From the NCBI GenBank assembly GCA_030655015.1, contig JAURWJ010000018.1, positions 12,345-76,344 on the forward strand: a stretch of 64,000 nt of DNA, read 5' to 3'. The notes under the pieces were generated by a model. The model was not told the origin of the DNA and made no database searches. It saw only the letters and a list, made by a program, of their open reading frames with translations. The stretch comes from Methylotenera sp. Lineage in GTDB: Bacteria; Pseudomonadota; Gammaproteobacteria; Burkholderiales; Methylophilaceae. Positions 17,987-28,977 of the stretch are shown piece after piece. Made by a program: the position numbers and the translations under genes. Every line of letters starts with the position of its first letter. Position 1 is the stretch's first letter.

Positions 17987-19771
17987 ATGGTATTGATTCA
18001 AAATTCTCTGTTAAACAGCCTCAGTGTGACTGGAATAATTTTAGCTATCACTAATATGCGATTGTTAGCAATAAAACAACAGTTTTTCTCAATCTGCATT
18101 GCGGTGATATGCGGGTTCTGGCAATCCGTAGCGGTCGCGGATTCTTTCTCCCTGCTTGAAAGCTGTGCAGAACAAGCACTGGGTATGCGTGCGGTGTATA
18201 TGCGGGAAACTGGGTTGTCACTGACACTGGATGACGCCGTTGATAAGTATAAGTCAGGAAATTTTATTGCGGGTAGTAGCCCAATTCTCACCTTTGGTAT
18301 CGAATCCAATCCAATCTGGATACGTCTGTCAGTCTCTAATCCAACCAAAGAGCGCCTAGGCCGACAGCTTCTTGTTGAAAACTCCTGGCTTGATCATCTC
18401 GATGTTTATTTTGTAAAAGAAAATCAACCCATTAAGCGCTACAGCGTTGGCGATAGCCAACAATTCACACAGCGCCCAGTCTCAGGGAGATTTTTCACTT
18501 TCAAGCATGATTTTGATGTTGGCACTACCAGTATTTATCTGCGGGTTGCAACCTCTGACCCTATTGTTGTTCCGATTTTTCTGCTCAGTCCGGAAGAGGC
18601 TGCGCACCGAGCGACAATTCAAGGCTATAGCTATGGTTTTCTCTATGGCTACCTGCTGGCCTTGCTGGCTTATAATCTCCTTATTTTTATAGGATTGCAC
18701 CATAAGCGTCACCTTTTGTATGCAGGTTTCATTGCTATATTTATACTGACGAATATTGCCTATACAGGCCATGGTTTTGCCTGGCTCTGGCCGGAGCAAG
18801 TGACGTTGCAGCGTTGGATCATCCCAATTCTGATGGTGGCTTACGGTATCAGTGGCTTGGCTTTCGCCAAACATTTTTTAAGCACTAAATCCAACTTACC
18901 GCGTGCTCACAAAATTGCCACGTGGGTATGTGCGTTATCCGTTGTGTTGCTGGTCATTGCGATTGCCACTGATAAGCAGCTTTATGCGCTACTGAATGCA
19001 TTTGCGTTTGTGACGTTTTTTTCGGGCATGATGCTGATGCTCGGTTCGATGTCATTCCGTTCTGGCTATCGGTACGCATGCTATTTTTTGCTTGCCTCAA
19101 TCACTTCCATGCTGGGTACTGCCATAACGGCACTATCCGTTTGGGGCTTTATTCCGTTTAATGATTGGACCTATCGTGCCGTTGAGCTCGGCATGTTGGT
19201 AGATGCTACGCTGCTGGCCTTGGCTTTGGCCGATCAACTCCGATCAATTCAGCTGGAATGGAAGTTGGCCGAGCAACTGGCTGCCCATGATCCGCTCACA
19301 GGCCTCAACAATCGACGTTCATTTCTGGAAAAAGCTCAGTCTATCTGGAGTACAACACAGCGCAGTGAAAGGGATCTATCAGTCATCATTCTTGACATTG
19401 ATCATTTCAAATCGGTCAATGATCGCTATGGTCATGCTACAGGGGATGACGCTTTAGTTGCCATAAGCAAGGTGCTGGCAGACTCAGCGAGGGATGGGGA
19501 CATCGTGGCAAGATGGGGTGGGGAAGAGTTTTTGTTGCTACTCCCGGAAACCAAGCTTGAAGCGGCGCTTATCGTGGCTGAGCGACTGCGGATGGCTATT
19601 TCTGAAATCCGGTTACCATCGCGAGATGCCGAAATTGTTTTTACGGCCAGTTTTGGGGTTGCCCATATAGCAAAGCATGAAACTCTGGACGCCCTGATAT
19701 CTGAAGCAGATAACTATCTTTACCAATCCAAAGAAAAAGGGCGAGACTCAATAAGCTCGCAGGTTGGATGA
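17987..19771 (+). CDS. 7TM-DISM sensor diguanylate cyclase (start may be 18056)
   Basis: DISMED2-like periplasmic domain, 7 TM, DPLTGLNNRR, RDGD I-site, RWGGEEF. Confidence 0.9.
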   Translation: MVLIQNSLLNSLSVTGIILAITNMRLLAIKQQFFSICIAVICGFWQSVAVADSFSLLESCAEQALGMRAVYMRETGLSLTLDDAVDKYKSGNFIAGSSPILTFGIESNPIWIRLSVSNPTKERLGRQLLVENSWLDHLDVYFVKENQPIKRYSVGDSQQFTQRPVSGRFFTFKHDFDVGTTSIYLRVATSDPIVVPIFLLSPEEAAHRATIQGYSYGFLYGYLLALLAYNLLIFIGLHHKRHLLYAGFIAIFILTNIAYTGHGFAWLWPEQVTLQRWIIPILMVAYGISGLAFAKHFLSTKSNLPRAHKIATWVCALSVVLLVIAIATDKQLYALLNAFAFVTFFSGMMLMLGSMSFRSGYRYACYFLLASITSMLGTAITALSVWGFIPFNDWTYRAVELGMLVDATLLALALADQLRSIQLEWKLAEQLAAHDPLTGLNNRRSFLEKAQSIWSTTQRSERDLSVIILDIDHFKSVNDRYGHATGDDALVAISKVLADSARDGDIVARWGGEEFLLLLPETKLEAALIVAERLRMAISEIRLPSRDAEIVFTASFGVAHIAKHETLDALISEADNYLYQSKEKGRDSISSQVG

Positions 19772-19877
19772 AGCGCACCTCAGTTACTTGGTTTTATCTG
19801 AACTAGTCCCTCGGACTTGGCGTAGTGTCCGCTATTAGAGAATCTAATTTCCACGTTAACTGGCTGGCTTAATCGTA

Positions 19878-20759
19878 TTATTTTTTCTTGGCTCTCGGGT
19901 GTGCTGCATCATAAATTTTAGCTAAATGCTGAAAATCCAAGTGCGTATAAATCTGCGTGGTGCTGATGTTGGCATGGCCCAACATTTCTTGCACCGCGCG
20001 TAAATCTCCGCTTGATTGTAATACATGGGTTGCAAAGCTGTGGCGCAATAGATGCGGGTGCATGTCGGTATTGGTGCCTTGTTTGATTGCCCACGTTTTC
20101 ATGCGGTATTGCACGGCGCGCGGCGTGATTCTGCGCCCTTGCTGAGTCACAAATAAAGCTTTTGGATTTTTAGTGTCAAGTGCGATCAGCGTACGCTGCT
20201 GCATCCAGGTTTGAATCGCTTTTGCTGCATGGCTACCTAGCGGCACAATGCGGGTCTTGTTGCCTTTACCGGTCACGGTCACGGTGCCTTCAGTAAAATC
20301 CAGCATTTCTATGTCTAGGTTCACGAGTTCAGCTAAACGCAAGCCGGACGAATAAAATAGCTCGAAGATCGCGTGGTCGCGGAGCTCCAAGACCCCATCG
20401 CCTTGAATGTTGACAAAATTAACCGCTTGGTCGACTGAAAGTGCCTGCGGCAGCGTCTTGGGTGGTTTGGGTGCACGTAAGCCGGTGACAGGGTTTTGTG
20501 TAAAGCCTTTATGCCCAATTAAATAATCGTAAAATCCACGCCAAGCTGAAAGGGCGCGGGCAATGCTTTTACTGCTTAAGCCGCGGCCATGCATTGTGGC
20601 TATAAAACGCCTCACTTGAATGTTTTTGACTGATTCTAAACTGGCGCCTTCGGCAAGCGATGCTAATAGATGAATGTCACGTGCATAATTTTTGCAAGTG
20701 AGCGCACTCAAGCCTCGTTCAAAAGTCAGGTGCTGTAGGTAGTCGTTTAGATAAAGCAT
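19878..20759 (-). CDS. xerC: Tyrosine recombinase XerC
   Basis: SGLRLAEL, GKGNKTR, HPHLLRHSFATH, LGHANISTTQIYTH; downstream of dapF-DUF484. Confidence 0.93.
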   Translation of the reverse strand: MLYLNDYLQHLTFERGLSALTCKNYARDIHLLASLAEGASLESVKNIQVRRFIATMHGRGLSSKSIARALSAWRGFYDYLIGHKGFTQNPVTGLRAPKPPKTLPQALSVDQAVNFVNIQGDGVLELRDHAIFELFYSSGLRLAELVNLDIEMLDFTEGTVTVTGKGNKTRIVPLGSHAAKAIQTWMQQRTLIALDTKNPKALFVTQQGRRITPRAVQYRMKTWAIKQGTNTDMHPHLLRHSFATHVLQSSGDLRAVQEMLGHANISTTQIYTHLDFQHLAKIYDAAHPRAKKK

Positions 20760-20799
20760 TTGTTCTAGCCATTGTTTTTCTAGCCAACCACCTGAAATA

Positions 20800-21498
20800 T
20801 TAGAGGTGTAATGCAAATAAGTGATTCAGCAATGCAGCACTTACAAGTTCACCAATTTGTTCCAGATAGAGTGTCCCCATGTCAGATTTGAAGCGTTGCT
20901 GATCTTGGGCACCAAGAATCAATACACCAAACGGGCGTTGGTTAAGCGTCTTTTTGCTTAACGGAATAAACGCATAAGATTGTAAGTGACCCTCTAATAA
21001 ATCATCTGCAATGTCAGGCTTTGCACCGCAATGTGATTGACTTAAGCTCATTACCCAATCGCTAAAAGCTTCTGATACTGAAGAAAACACAGGGTCTTGT
21101 ATAATGGCGCTGTTACTAGGTTTTACCCAAATACGAATAATAGATTGCGTAACAGCAAAGTCTAATTGCAGGGTTTCGGAGATTAACTGTTGCAATGCAC
21201 TAAAACTTTGCCCATTGAGTAATTGGACGCTGAATTGATGCACCTTGGCACTGGTGGCATCATTTTCTTCAGCATGCTTAATCATCTGCGCCATCATGGC
21301 TTCTAGCACGCGAATTTTATCGCGTTGTGCCAACTGCTGGCGCTCTGCCAGCGAGATAACGCCGCTACCGTGCGGGCTCGGTAATGAAATTTCGGCCAGC
21401 AGGCTTGCATTTTCTTCAAAAAAATTGGGGTGAGTGTGTAAAAAGCGTTTAATTTGCTCGGCTGAAATGTCGGTATTCTGTATTTGAGTATGTGTCAT
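20800..21498 (-). CDS. DUF484 (YigA-like) protein
   Basis: FLHTHPNFFE, VISLAERQ, RFKSDMGTLYL; lies between dapF and xerC. Confidence 0.85.
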   Translation of the reverse strand: MTHTQIQNTDISAEQIKRFLHTHPNFFEENASLLAEISLPSPHGSGVISLAERQQLAQRDKIRVLEAMMAQMIKHAEENDATSAKVHQFSVQLLNGQSFSALQQLISETLQLDFAVTQSIIRIWVKPSNSAIIQDPVFSSVSEAFSDWVMSLSQSHCGAKPDIADDLLEGHLQSYAFIPLSKKTLNQRPFGVLILGAQDQQRFKSDMGTLYLEQIGELVSAALLNHLFALHL

Positions 21499-21528
21499 TG
21501 GGTCGTGTTTCCTAATAATTGCTAGAGC

Positions 21529-22362
21529 TTATGCTAAATTTACTTCACCTGTAAATACGGTCACTGCTGGCCCCGTCATCATGACCGCTGAGTTGCCGCC
21601 TTGCCATGCAATGTGTAGCTCACCACCGCGCGCTGAAACGCGCACAGGTGACAGTAATCGCCCTAGCTGGATGCCTGCAACTACGGCAGCGCATGCGCCT
21701 GTGCCACACGCAAGTGTTTCACCAGTGCCGCGTTCAAATACCCTGAGTTTGATGTGATGCGCATCCACAATTTGCAAAAATCCTGCGTTTACGCGCTGGG
21801 GAAAGCGCGGGTGTACTTCGATTTTGCTACCAAGTGCCAATATCGGCGCAGTTTCAATATCATCCACAATTTGCACCGCGTGCGGGTTCCCCATGGAAAG
21901 CACAGAAACTTCAATTTGTTGACCGTTTACATCAAGCGTATAGGTTGGGGCGAGGGCGTCAGCCGTAAATGGAATCTCGTTAAGCGCAAATCTAGGTGCA
22001 CCCATATTCACGGTCACTAAACCGTTAGCTTCTAATTTTGGTGTGATAATGCCACTGGCAGTTTCAACGCTGATTTCACGTTTTTGGGTGAGCTGCTGGT
22101 CGATCACAAAACGTACAAAACAGCGCGCACCGTTGCCACATTGCGCCACTTCGCTACCATCAGCATTAAAAATACGATATTTGAAATCAGCAATGGTAGA
22201 TGTTTCAACCAGTAATAGCTGATCGAACCCAATACCAAATTGGCGGTGCGCCAGTGTTTTGATTTGTTCTGCGGACAATTGAATAGCTTGGTTGATGCCG
22301 TCAATGACCATAAAGTCATTGCCGGCACCCTGCATTTTGGTAAAGCGTATGGAGTGTGTCAT
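21529..22362 (-). CDS. dapF: Diaminopimelate epimerase
   Basis: [29 protein letters not shown]. Confidence 0.96.
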   Translation of the reverse strand: MTHSIRFTKMQGAGNDFMVIDGINQAIQLSAEQIKTLAHRQFGIGFDQLLLVETSTIADFKYRIFNADGSEVAQCGNGARCFVRFVIDQQLTQKREISVETASGIITPKLEANGLVTVNMGAPRFALNEIPFTADALAPTYTLDVNGQQIEVSVLSMGNPHAVQIVDDIETAPILALGSKIEVHPRFPQRVNAGFLQIVDAHHIKLRVFERGTGETLACGTGACAAVVAGIQLGRLLSPVRVSARGGELHIAWQGGNSAVMMTGPAVTVFTGEVNLA

Positions 22363-22400
22363 GTGATTATTGTATGAGAATGGCGATTGATGTTGTTAAA

Positions 22401-23255
22401 TTATTGGGTTTTAATGCGCTTTTCTCGCGCCAATTGCGGCTGTTTAAAGCGTCGATAACTCCACAGATATTGTTCAGGCTTTTTGCGAACCAATTGCTCA
22501 ATGGCGTTGTTAATGTCTTGTGCAGAAGTGCCTGTGTTCAATGGTTCAACATGAATAGTGTAGCCGCGCCCCCAAGATAAGCGTTCACCATAAGCGAGCA
22601 ACACCGTGGCTCCAGTCGCTTCAACCAGCTTTCCCACCAAGTTCATAGTATAGGCAGGTTGACCAAAATAGGTTGCCCAGATTCCATCGCCTAAATCGGG
22701 GACTTGGTCGGGTAAAATGCCCACGGCTTCGCCGCGTTTTAGCGTTTTTAATAAGCTACGCACACCACTTAAATTAGCTGGCGCGAGTGAAGTGTTGCTT
22801 CGCTGACGACCTTGCTCCATGATATTGCTTAACCAGCTTTGCCGTGCGGGGCTGTACAGCACTGTCATTGGATATTTTGCGGTGTAATATCTGGCGGTAA
22901 TTTCATAACAGCCTAAATGTGGTGTTAGAAAGATGATGCCTTTTTTTGCGGCGAGTGCGTCTTCAACGTGGTGCCAACCGTCACAGTTTTTAACCCACTT
23001 TAATACACTACGCTCAGATTTTAGCCAAATAGCTAAGGTTTCCACTATGCCTTTACCGGTTTCGCTTACATTTAAGTGTACTAAGCGCGCGTGTGCTTTT
23101 AAGTTGGGACAAAATTTAATGTTATGCAGATTGTTGCGGATTCTGCGTGAGAACTTTACATCGCTCCAGTATGAAATCCAGCCAACGATAATCCCTAAGC
23201 CGTGAATAATAGGCAGCGGTAGCATCGCGATGAGTTTAAGGATGAATTTAGGCAT
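22401..23255 (-). CDS. Lipid A late acyltransferase family (LpxL-like)
   Basis: TPHLGCYE, ILPDQVP, PEQYLWSYRRFK. Confidence 0.85.
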   Translation of the reverse strand: MPKFILKLIAMLPLPIIHGLGIIVGWISYWSDVKFSRRIRNNLHNIKFCPNLKAHARLVHLNVSETGKGIVETLAIWLKSERSVLKWVKNCDGWHHVEDALAAKKGIIFLTPHLGCYEITARYYTAKYPMTVLYSPARQSWLSNIMEQGRQRSNTSLAPANLSGVRSLLKTLKRGEAVGILPDQVPDLGDGIWATYFGQPAYTMNLVGKLVEATGATVLLAYGERLSWGRGYTIHVEPLNTGTSAQDINNAIEQLVRKKPEQYLWSYRRFKQPQLAREKRIKTQ

Positions 23256-23423
23256 GCATAATGAATGGTGAATTGATTTGAATGCTATTTTAGCAAGTTA
23301 AGTTTTGGGTGTGTGGTTTACTTCTTTTGGATTTGCTACTTAAGGTATAATTCGCATTCATTAATACTGGCTTCAGCCTTTAGTCAGTATTTTTTTAAAC
23401 TTTAACCTCTTCCAAGGCAGGCC

Positions 23424-24587
23424 ATGAACTCATATTTATTTACCTCAGAATCCGTTTCTGAAGGGCATCCAGACAAACTCGCAGACCAAGTGTCAGACAG
23501 CATCTTAGACGCTATTTTAACCCAAGACCCCGCCGCACGCGTTGCGGCAGAAACTTTAGCCAATACAGGTTTAATTGTATTGGCGGGTGAAATTACTACA
23601 ACAGCCAATGTTGATTACATTAAAGTCGCACGCGAAGCGATTAAGCGCATTGGTTACGACAATACAGAATACGGTATTGACTATAAAGGTTGCGCTGTTT
23701 TAGTGGCGTATGACAAGCAATCTCCCGACATCGCGCAAGGTGTGGATGGCGCACATGATGACCCGCTCGACCAAGGCGCGGGTGACCAAGGCTTGATGTT
23801 TGGTTATGCGGTCGATGAAACACCGCAATTGATGCCATTGCCGATTTGGCTGAGCCACCGCTTAATGGAGCGTCAAGCCCAATTGCGTAAAGATGGTCGC
23901 CTGGCATGGTTGCGCCCAGATGCAAAATCACAAGTCACAGTGCAGTATGTTGATGGTAAGCCTTACAAAATTGACACGGTAGTACTTTCTACACAACACG
24001 CGCCGGAGATGACTTTGGAAGCGGTTCGTGAAGCAACAATTGAAGAAATTATCAAACCAATGTTGCCTAAAGAGTTGATTAAAGGTGAGATTAAATATTT
24101 GGTGAACCCCACTGGCCGTTTTGTGATTGGTGGTCCGCAAGGTGATTGCGGCTTAACCGGCCGTAAAATTATTGTGGATACTTATGGCGGTGCGGCACCT
24201 CATGGTGGCGGCGCATTTTCAGGTAAAGATCCTTCAAAAGTTGACCGTAGCGCGGCTTATGCTGCGCGCTATGTGGCTAAAAATATTGTGGCGGCTGGTT
24301 TAGCTTCACGTTGTCTGGTACAAGTGAGCTATGCCATTGGTGTGGCACGTCCAACATCCGTGATGGTAGAAACCTACGGTACAGGTAAAGTCTCAAATGA
24401 GGTGTTAACGCAATTGGTCTTGGACCATTTTGATTTGCGCCCTAAAGGCATTGTCAAAATGCTGGATTTATTGCGCCCGATTTATGCCAAAACTGCCGCT
24501 TATGGCCATTTTGGCCGTGATGAACCTGAATTTACTTGGGAAGCGACCGATAAAGCAGCAGCCCTACGCGCGGCAGCTGGCTTGTAA
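23424..24587 (+). CDS. metK: S-adenosylmethionine synthetase
   Basis: [28 protein letters not shown]. Confidence 0.97.
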   Translation: MNSYLFTSESVSEGHPDKLADQVSDSILDAILTQDPAARVAAETLANTGLIVLAGEITTTANVDYIKVAREAIKRIGYDNTEYGIDYKGCAVLVAYDKQSPDIAQGVDGAHDDPLDQGAGDQGLMFGYAVDETPQLMPLPIWLSHRLMERQAQLRKDGRLAWLRPDAKSQVTVQYVDGKPYKIDTVVLSTQHAPEMTLEAVREATIEEIIKPMLPKELIKGEIKYLVNPTGRFVIGGPQGDCGLTGRKIIVDTYGGAAPHGGGAFSGKDPSKVDRSAAYAARYVAKNIVAAGLASRCLVQVSYAIGVARPTSVMVETYGTGKVSNEVLTQLVLDHFDLRPKGIVKMLDLLRPIYAKTAAYGHFGRDEPEFTWEATDKAAALRAAAGL

Positions 24588-24663
24588 TTGTCTGCATTAG
24601 CCGCTATACCGAATGTAATGGTGGCTGTTGCGGTCACTTTCTGATGCAAACTGGTGTGATTTA

Positions 24664-25899
24664 ATGTTAAAAACGGTTTCAACAAAACAAGTGCGTTTAG
24701 GAATGTTCATTCAAGAGCTTAAAGGCGCTTGGATAGACCACCCGTTTTGGAAAAAAGCATTCAAGCTGGAAGACGCTGCTGATTTAACCAAGCTGCAAAA
24801 AAGCGTCATTAAAGAAGTTGTGATTGATATTTGCAAGGGTTTGGATGTTGCTGAACCAGTAGCGATTGTAGAAGTGCCTCTCATGCCTAAGGCTGAAGTG
24901 CCTGCCGAGGTTGCTCTAGCCGAATCTGCTCCTCTGTCAAAACCAATACCTAAACCCAAACGCGTGACAGCGACTGAAGAGCATGCACGCGCCAGACAAA
25001 TTATCTCGGCATCTAAGCAAGCAGTGACCTCGATGTTCAGCGATGCGCGCATGGGTAAGGCCATTAAAGCCGAAGCTGCCATGCAGCTTGTGGATGATAT
25101 TGCAGCCTCGGTTTCTCGCAATGAAGGGGCTTTGCTTAGTTTGGTGCGGCTTAAAAATAAAGACGACTACACCTACATGCACTCGGTTGCAGTCTGTGCT
25201 TTGATGGTGGCACTTTCTAATGAACTAGGTTTGTCGGAAGCGGAAACCAAGCAGGCTGGCTTAGCGGGGTTGCTGCACGACATTGGCAAAGCGGCTATTT
25301 CTATGGAGGTGCTTAACAAGCCTGGCGCGCTGACTGAAGACGAGTTTACACTGGTGAAATTGCACCCTGAACGCGGGCATGCCCTGCTACTGCAAGCGAA
25401 CATTACCGATGAAGTTGTATTAGATGTATGTTTGCATCACCATGAAAAAGTCAATGGCATGGGCTACCCACACAAATTAAAAGCGGATGAAATTAGCTTG
25501 TTTGCAAAAATGGGTGCGGTTTGCGATGTCTATGATGCCATTACCTCGAATCGCCCTTATAAAGCAGGCTGGGAACCGGGCGTGTCTTTGCAACGTATGG
25601 CGCAATGGGCTGATCATTTTGATGATAGTGTTTTCAAAGCGTTTGTTAAAAGTGTAGGGATTTACCCGATAGGCTCTATGGTGAAGTTAAAGTCTGGTCG
25701 TTTGGCTGTGGTGGTTGACCAAAGCCCAAAATCCTTATTAACGCCTATTCTAAAAGTGTTTTTCTCAACAAAATCCAAGACTCGCCTGCCTGTAGAGGGG
25801 TTAGATTTATCTAGCCCAAGCGCGCAAGACTCAATTGTTGGACATGAAAACCCAGCACTTTGGGGTATCACTGATGTTGATAAGTTATGGGCACAATAA
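24664..25899 (+). CDS. DUF3391 + HD-GYP c-di-GMP phosphodiesterase
   Basis: YTYMHSVAV, LLHDIGK, HHHEKVNGMGYP, DVYDAITSNRPYK; ATG at 24664 preferred over TTG at 24628. Confidence 0.9.
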   Translation: MLKTVSTKQVRLGMFIQELKGAWIDHPFWKKAFKLEDAADLTKLQKSVIKEVVIDICKGLDVAEPVAIVEVPLMPKAEVPAEVALAESAPLSKPIPKPKRVTATEEHARARQIISASKQAVTSMFSDARMGKAIKAEAAMQLVDDIAASVSRNEGALLSLVRLKNKDDYTYMHSVAVCALMVALSNELGLSEAETKQAGLAGLLHDIGKAAISMEVLNKPGALTEDEFTLVKLHPERGHALLLQANITDEVVLDVCLHHHEKVNGMGYPHKLKADEISLFAKMGAVCDVYDAITSNRPYKAGWEPGVSLQRMAQWADHFDDSVFKAFVKSVGIYPIGSMVKLKSGRLAVVVDQSPKSLLTPILKVFFSTKSKTRLPVEGLDLSSPSAQDSIVGHENPALWGITDVDKLWAQ

Positions 25900-25950
25900 T
25901 TGTTACTCCAATAATTTATTTAGGTTTTCTCTAACTTTACTATAGTGATA

Positions 25951-25979
25951 TTTGTGCTTAAAAAAATATCGCGTATAAT
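25951..25979 (+). promoter_or_regulatory. Candidate sigma70 promoter of the ahcY operon
   Basis: TTGTGC...TATAAT (25974-25979) just before the riboswitch. Confidence 0.55.
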
Positions 25980-25987
25980 CCAAACCA

Positions 25988-26064
25988 TTCTGAGGAGCGT
26001 TGCGAGAGCTGCTGGTATCATACAGCCTCCTAGGCTCAGAAAAATGCAATAAACGACGCTCACC
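25988..26064 (+). ncRNA. SAH riboswitch
   Basis: TCTGAGGAGCGTTGC...AGGCTCAGA...AACGACGCTC matches the SAH aptamer P1/pseudoknot pattern; upstream of ahcY. Confidence 0.9.
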
Positions 26065-26165
26065 TATATTAACCGTGCCGGGCACGGGATAAGGGTGAGA
26101 TAAGCGTTAGGTCTCTTAGTATTAACACCCCTTCCCCCCGGTCACACATTCAAGGAATTAACATA

Positions 26166-27605
26166 ATGAATACTGTGACTGCTGATGTTAAAAATACAGC
26201 CAAAGACTACGTCATTGCCGATATCAACTTAGCGACTTTTGGCCGTAAAGAAATTGCTATTGCTGAAACAGAAATGCCGGGTTTGATGGCGATTCGTGAA
26301 GAATTCGCCAAAGCACAACCACTTAAAGGCGCGCGCATTACTGGCAGTCTGCACATGACCATTCAAACTGCGGTATTGATTGAAACGCTTAAAGACTTAG
26401 GCGCGGATGTACGCTGGGCATCATGCAACATTTACTCAACGCAAGATCATGCTGCTGCAGCGATTGCCGCTGGTGGCACCCCTGTGTTTGCCATCAAAGG
26501 TGAAACACTGACCGAATACTGGGATTATACGCACCGTATTTTTGAATGGGCGAATGACCAAACTGGCCAACCTGTATTCTCCAATATGATTTTGGATGAT
26601 GGCGGCGATGCTACCTTGCTGCTGCACCTCGGTACACGTGCAGAAAAAGATTTATCAGTGATTGCAAACCCAACGTCAGAAGAAGAAATCTGTTTATTTG
26701 ATGCCATTAAAGCTAAATTAAAAACTGACCCGACTTGGTACTCAGTACGTTTAGCGCAAATTATCGGCGTGACGGAGGAAACTACCACTGGTGTGCATCG
26801 TTTGTATCAAATGCATAAAGAAGGCAAATTGGCTTTCCCGGCAATTAACGTGAATGATTCTGTCACTAAGTCTAAATTTGATAACTTATACGGTTGCCGT
26901 GAATCATTAGTGGATGCGATTAAACGTGCTACTGATGTGATGATTGCAGGTAAAGTGGCCGTAGTAGCGGGTTATGGCGATGTAGGTAAAGGCTCTGCAC
27001 AAGCTTTGCGTGCGCTCTCTGCTCAAGTTTGGGTGACTGAAATTGACCCAATTTGTGCATTGCAAGCTGCGATGGAAGGCTACCGTGTAGTTACCATGGA
27101 TTATGCGGCGGAATATGGCGATATTTTTGTGACTTGTACCGGTAATTACCACGTGATTGCTCATGAGCACATGGTCAAAATGAAAGACCAAGCCATAGTA
27201 TGTAACATTGGCCATTTTGATAACGAGATTGACGTTGCCTCACTAGAAAAATACGAGTGGGATGAAATCAAGCCTCAAGTAGATCACGTGATTTTCCCGG
27301 ATGGCAAAAAGATTATTTTGCTAGCCAAAGGTCGGTTAGTGAATTTAGGCTGTGGTACAGGTCACCCAAGCTATGTCATGAGCTCAAGTTTTGCCAACCA
27401 AACCATTGCACAAATTGAGCTATTTACGCAAACTGCTAACTATCCAGTCGGTGTTTATACCTTACCTAAACATTTGGATGAAAAAGTGGCCGTGTTGCAA
27501 TTGAAAAAACTCAATGCGCAATTGTCGATCTTAACCGATGAGCAGGCAGCCTATATTGGCGTATCAAAGCAAGGTCCATATAAGCCAGATACTTATCGCT
27601 ATTAA
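26166..27605 (+). CDS. ahcY: Adenosylhomocysteinase
   Basis: [39 protein letters not shown]. Confidence 0.97.
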   Translation: MNTVTADVKNTAKDYVIADINLATFGRKEIAIAETEMPGLMAIREEFAKAQPLKGARITGSLHMTIQTAVLIETLKDLGADVRWASCNIYSTQDHAAAAIAAGGTPVFAIKGETLTEYWDYTHRIFEWANDQTGQPVFSNMILDDGGDATLLLHLGTRAEKDLSVIANPTSEEEICLFDAIKAKLKTDPTWYSVRLAQIIGVTEETTTGVHRLYQMHKEGKLAFPAINVNDSVTKSKFDNLYGCRESLVDAIKRATDVMIAGKVAVVAGYGDVGKGSAQALRALSAQVWVTEIDPICALQAAMEGYRVVTMDYAAEYGDIFVTCTGNYHVIAHEHMVKMKDQAIVCNIGHFDNEIDVASLEKYEWDEIKPQVDHVIFPDGKKIILLAKGRLVNLGCGTGHPSYVMSSSFANQTIAQIELFTQTANYPVGVYTLPKHLDEKVAVLQLKKLNAQLSILTDEQAAYIGVSKQGPYKPDTYRY

Positions 27606-27633
27606 TTTATTTTAAATAAGTGAAAGAGGCCAC

Positions 27634-28078
27634 ATGAAATTATTACTGGTTTGGTTATTAAATGCGCTAGCGCTGTTGGCAGTGGCGTACTTTGTGCCAA
27701 ATATTCATGTGGCTGGTTTTACTACTGCTTTGGTAGCCGCACTGGTCATCGGTTTGGTCAATATGTTGATTAGGCCGATTCTTGTCATACTCACTTTGCC
27801 GATAACGATATTAACGTTGACGCTGTAGAATAAGTCAAAATGCAAAAAACACACCTAATAAAATCAATAAGTTACAAAGCGATTTTTCGCAAAAATCGAC
27901 TTATTCTACACCCTCGTTAGGGCTTTTTATTTTGGTGATTAACGGTGTGCTGTTTTATGCGGTTGGTCATTGGTTGCAAGGTTTTGAGGTTAGAACACTG
28001 ATGGCAGGGATTATTGGAGCAATAGTTTATAGCGTGTTTTCTTGGCTGTTAACTGCAATTTTTATTGATGATAAATAG
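27634..28078 (+). pseudogene. YvlD-like 4-TM membrane protein (phage-holin superfamily IV-like) disrupted by a MITE
   Basis: Removing 27819-27918 restores a 114-aa ORF ..LTLPITILTLGLFILVINGVLF..SWLLTAIFIDDK*. Confidence 0.9.
27819..27915. mobile_element. 97-bp MITE
   Basis: 18-bp TIRs GACGCTGTAGAATAAGTC / GACTTATTCTACACCCTC (16/18), GTT target duplication, internal IHF site AATCAATAAGTTA. Confidence 0.92.
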
Positions 28079-28081
28079 ACC

Positions 28082-28945
28082 ATGACAGAAAAAGAAATAC
28101 AAATGAACATACCTACGAACAAATTCGGGCTTAGCTTTGAGTTTTTCCCGCCAAAAACAGCTGAAGGTATGGATAAACTGCGTGAAACACGATTGCAATT
28201 AGCTCAGTTTAATCCTGAATTTTATTCCGTGACGTTTGGTGCAGGTGGTTCAACCCGTGATAGAACCATGGATACCGTGCTGGAAATTCAGCGTGAAGGT
28301 TTTCAGGCCGCACCGCATATTTCTTGTATTTCGTCGAGTAAAGCAGAGATTTGTGATCTGTTACATGCCTACCGAGCGCAAGGTATCAAGCGATTGGTGG
28401 CATTGCGTGGCGATATCCCGTCAGGTGAGGTGAGTGCGGGTGATTTTCGCTATGCTTCAGAGTTGGTGGCGTTTATACGCGCTGAAACAGGTGATCATTT
28501 CCATATTGAAGTAGCAGCTTATCCAGAGTTCCACCCTGAAGCGAGGACGCCCGTAGCCGATTTGCAGAATTTAAAACGCAAAGTGGATGCAGGGGCCAAT
28601 TCAGCCATCACGCAGTATTTTTATAACGCGGATGCTTATTTTAGATTTGTGGAGCAGTGTGACGCGTTAGGTATTGCGATTCCTATCGTGCCAGGCATTA
28701 TGCCGATTTATAACATTACCCAATTGGCACGTTTTTCTAGTATTTGTGGTGCTGAAATTCCACGCTGGTTAAAAATGCGCCTTGAAGAGTACGGTGATGA
28801 CATGACGTCATTACGCGCTTTTGGTGTTGATGTGGTGAGTGAGCTGTGTGACACATTGTTAGCCTGGGGCGCACCAAGTTTACACTTTTACACCTTGAAT
28901 CAGGCGGGTACTATTAGCAACATCATTCACAACCTTAGTGAATGA
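28082..28945 (+). CDS. metF: 5,10-methylenetetrahydrofolate reductase
   Basis: SFEFFPPKT, SVTFGAGGSTR, VAAYPEFHPE, LHFYTLN. Confidence 0.95.
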   Translation: MTEKEIQMNIPTNKFGLSFEFFPPKTAEGMDKLRETRLQLAQFNPEFYSVTFGAGGSTRDRTMDTVLEIQREGFQAAPHISCISSSKAEICDLLHAYRAQGIKRLVALRGDIPSGEVSAGDFRYASELVAFIRAETGDHFHIEVAAYPEFHPEARTPVADLQNLKRKVDAGANSAITQYFYNADAYFRFVEQCDALGIAIPIVPGIMPIYNITQLARFSSICGAEIPRWLKMRLEEYGDDMTSLRAFGVDVVSELCDTLLAWGAPSLHFYTLNQAGTISNIIHNLSE

Positions 28946-28977
28946 TGTTGGTTGGTAAGCAACAAACCTATCCTGTT

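Noticed and set aside
19878-20759. Tyrosine recombinase as the island integrase
   Set aside because: It is chromosomal xerC in the canonical dapF-DUF484-xerC context
27634-28078. Holin-family gene as evidence of a prophage
   Set aside because: No phage genes nearby; YvlD-like genes occur in housekeeping contexts
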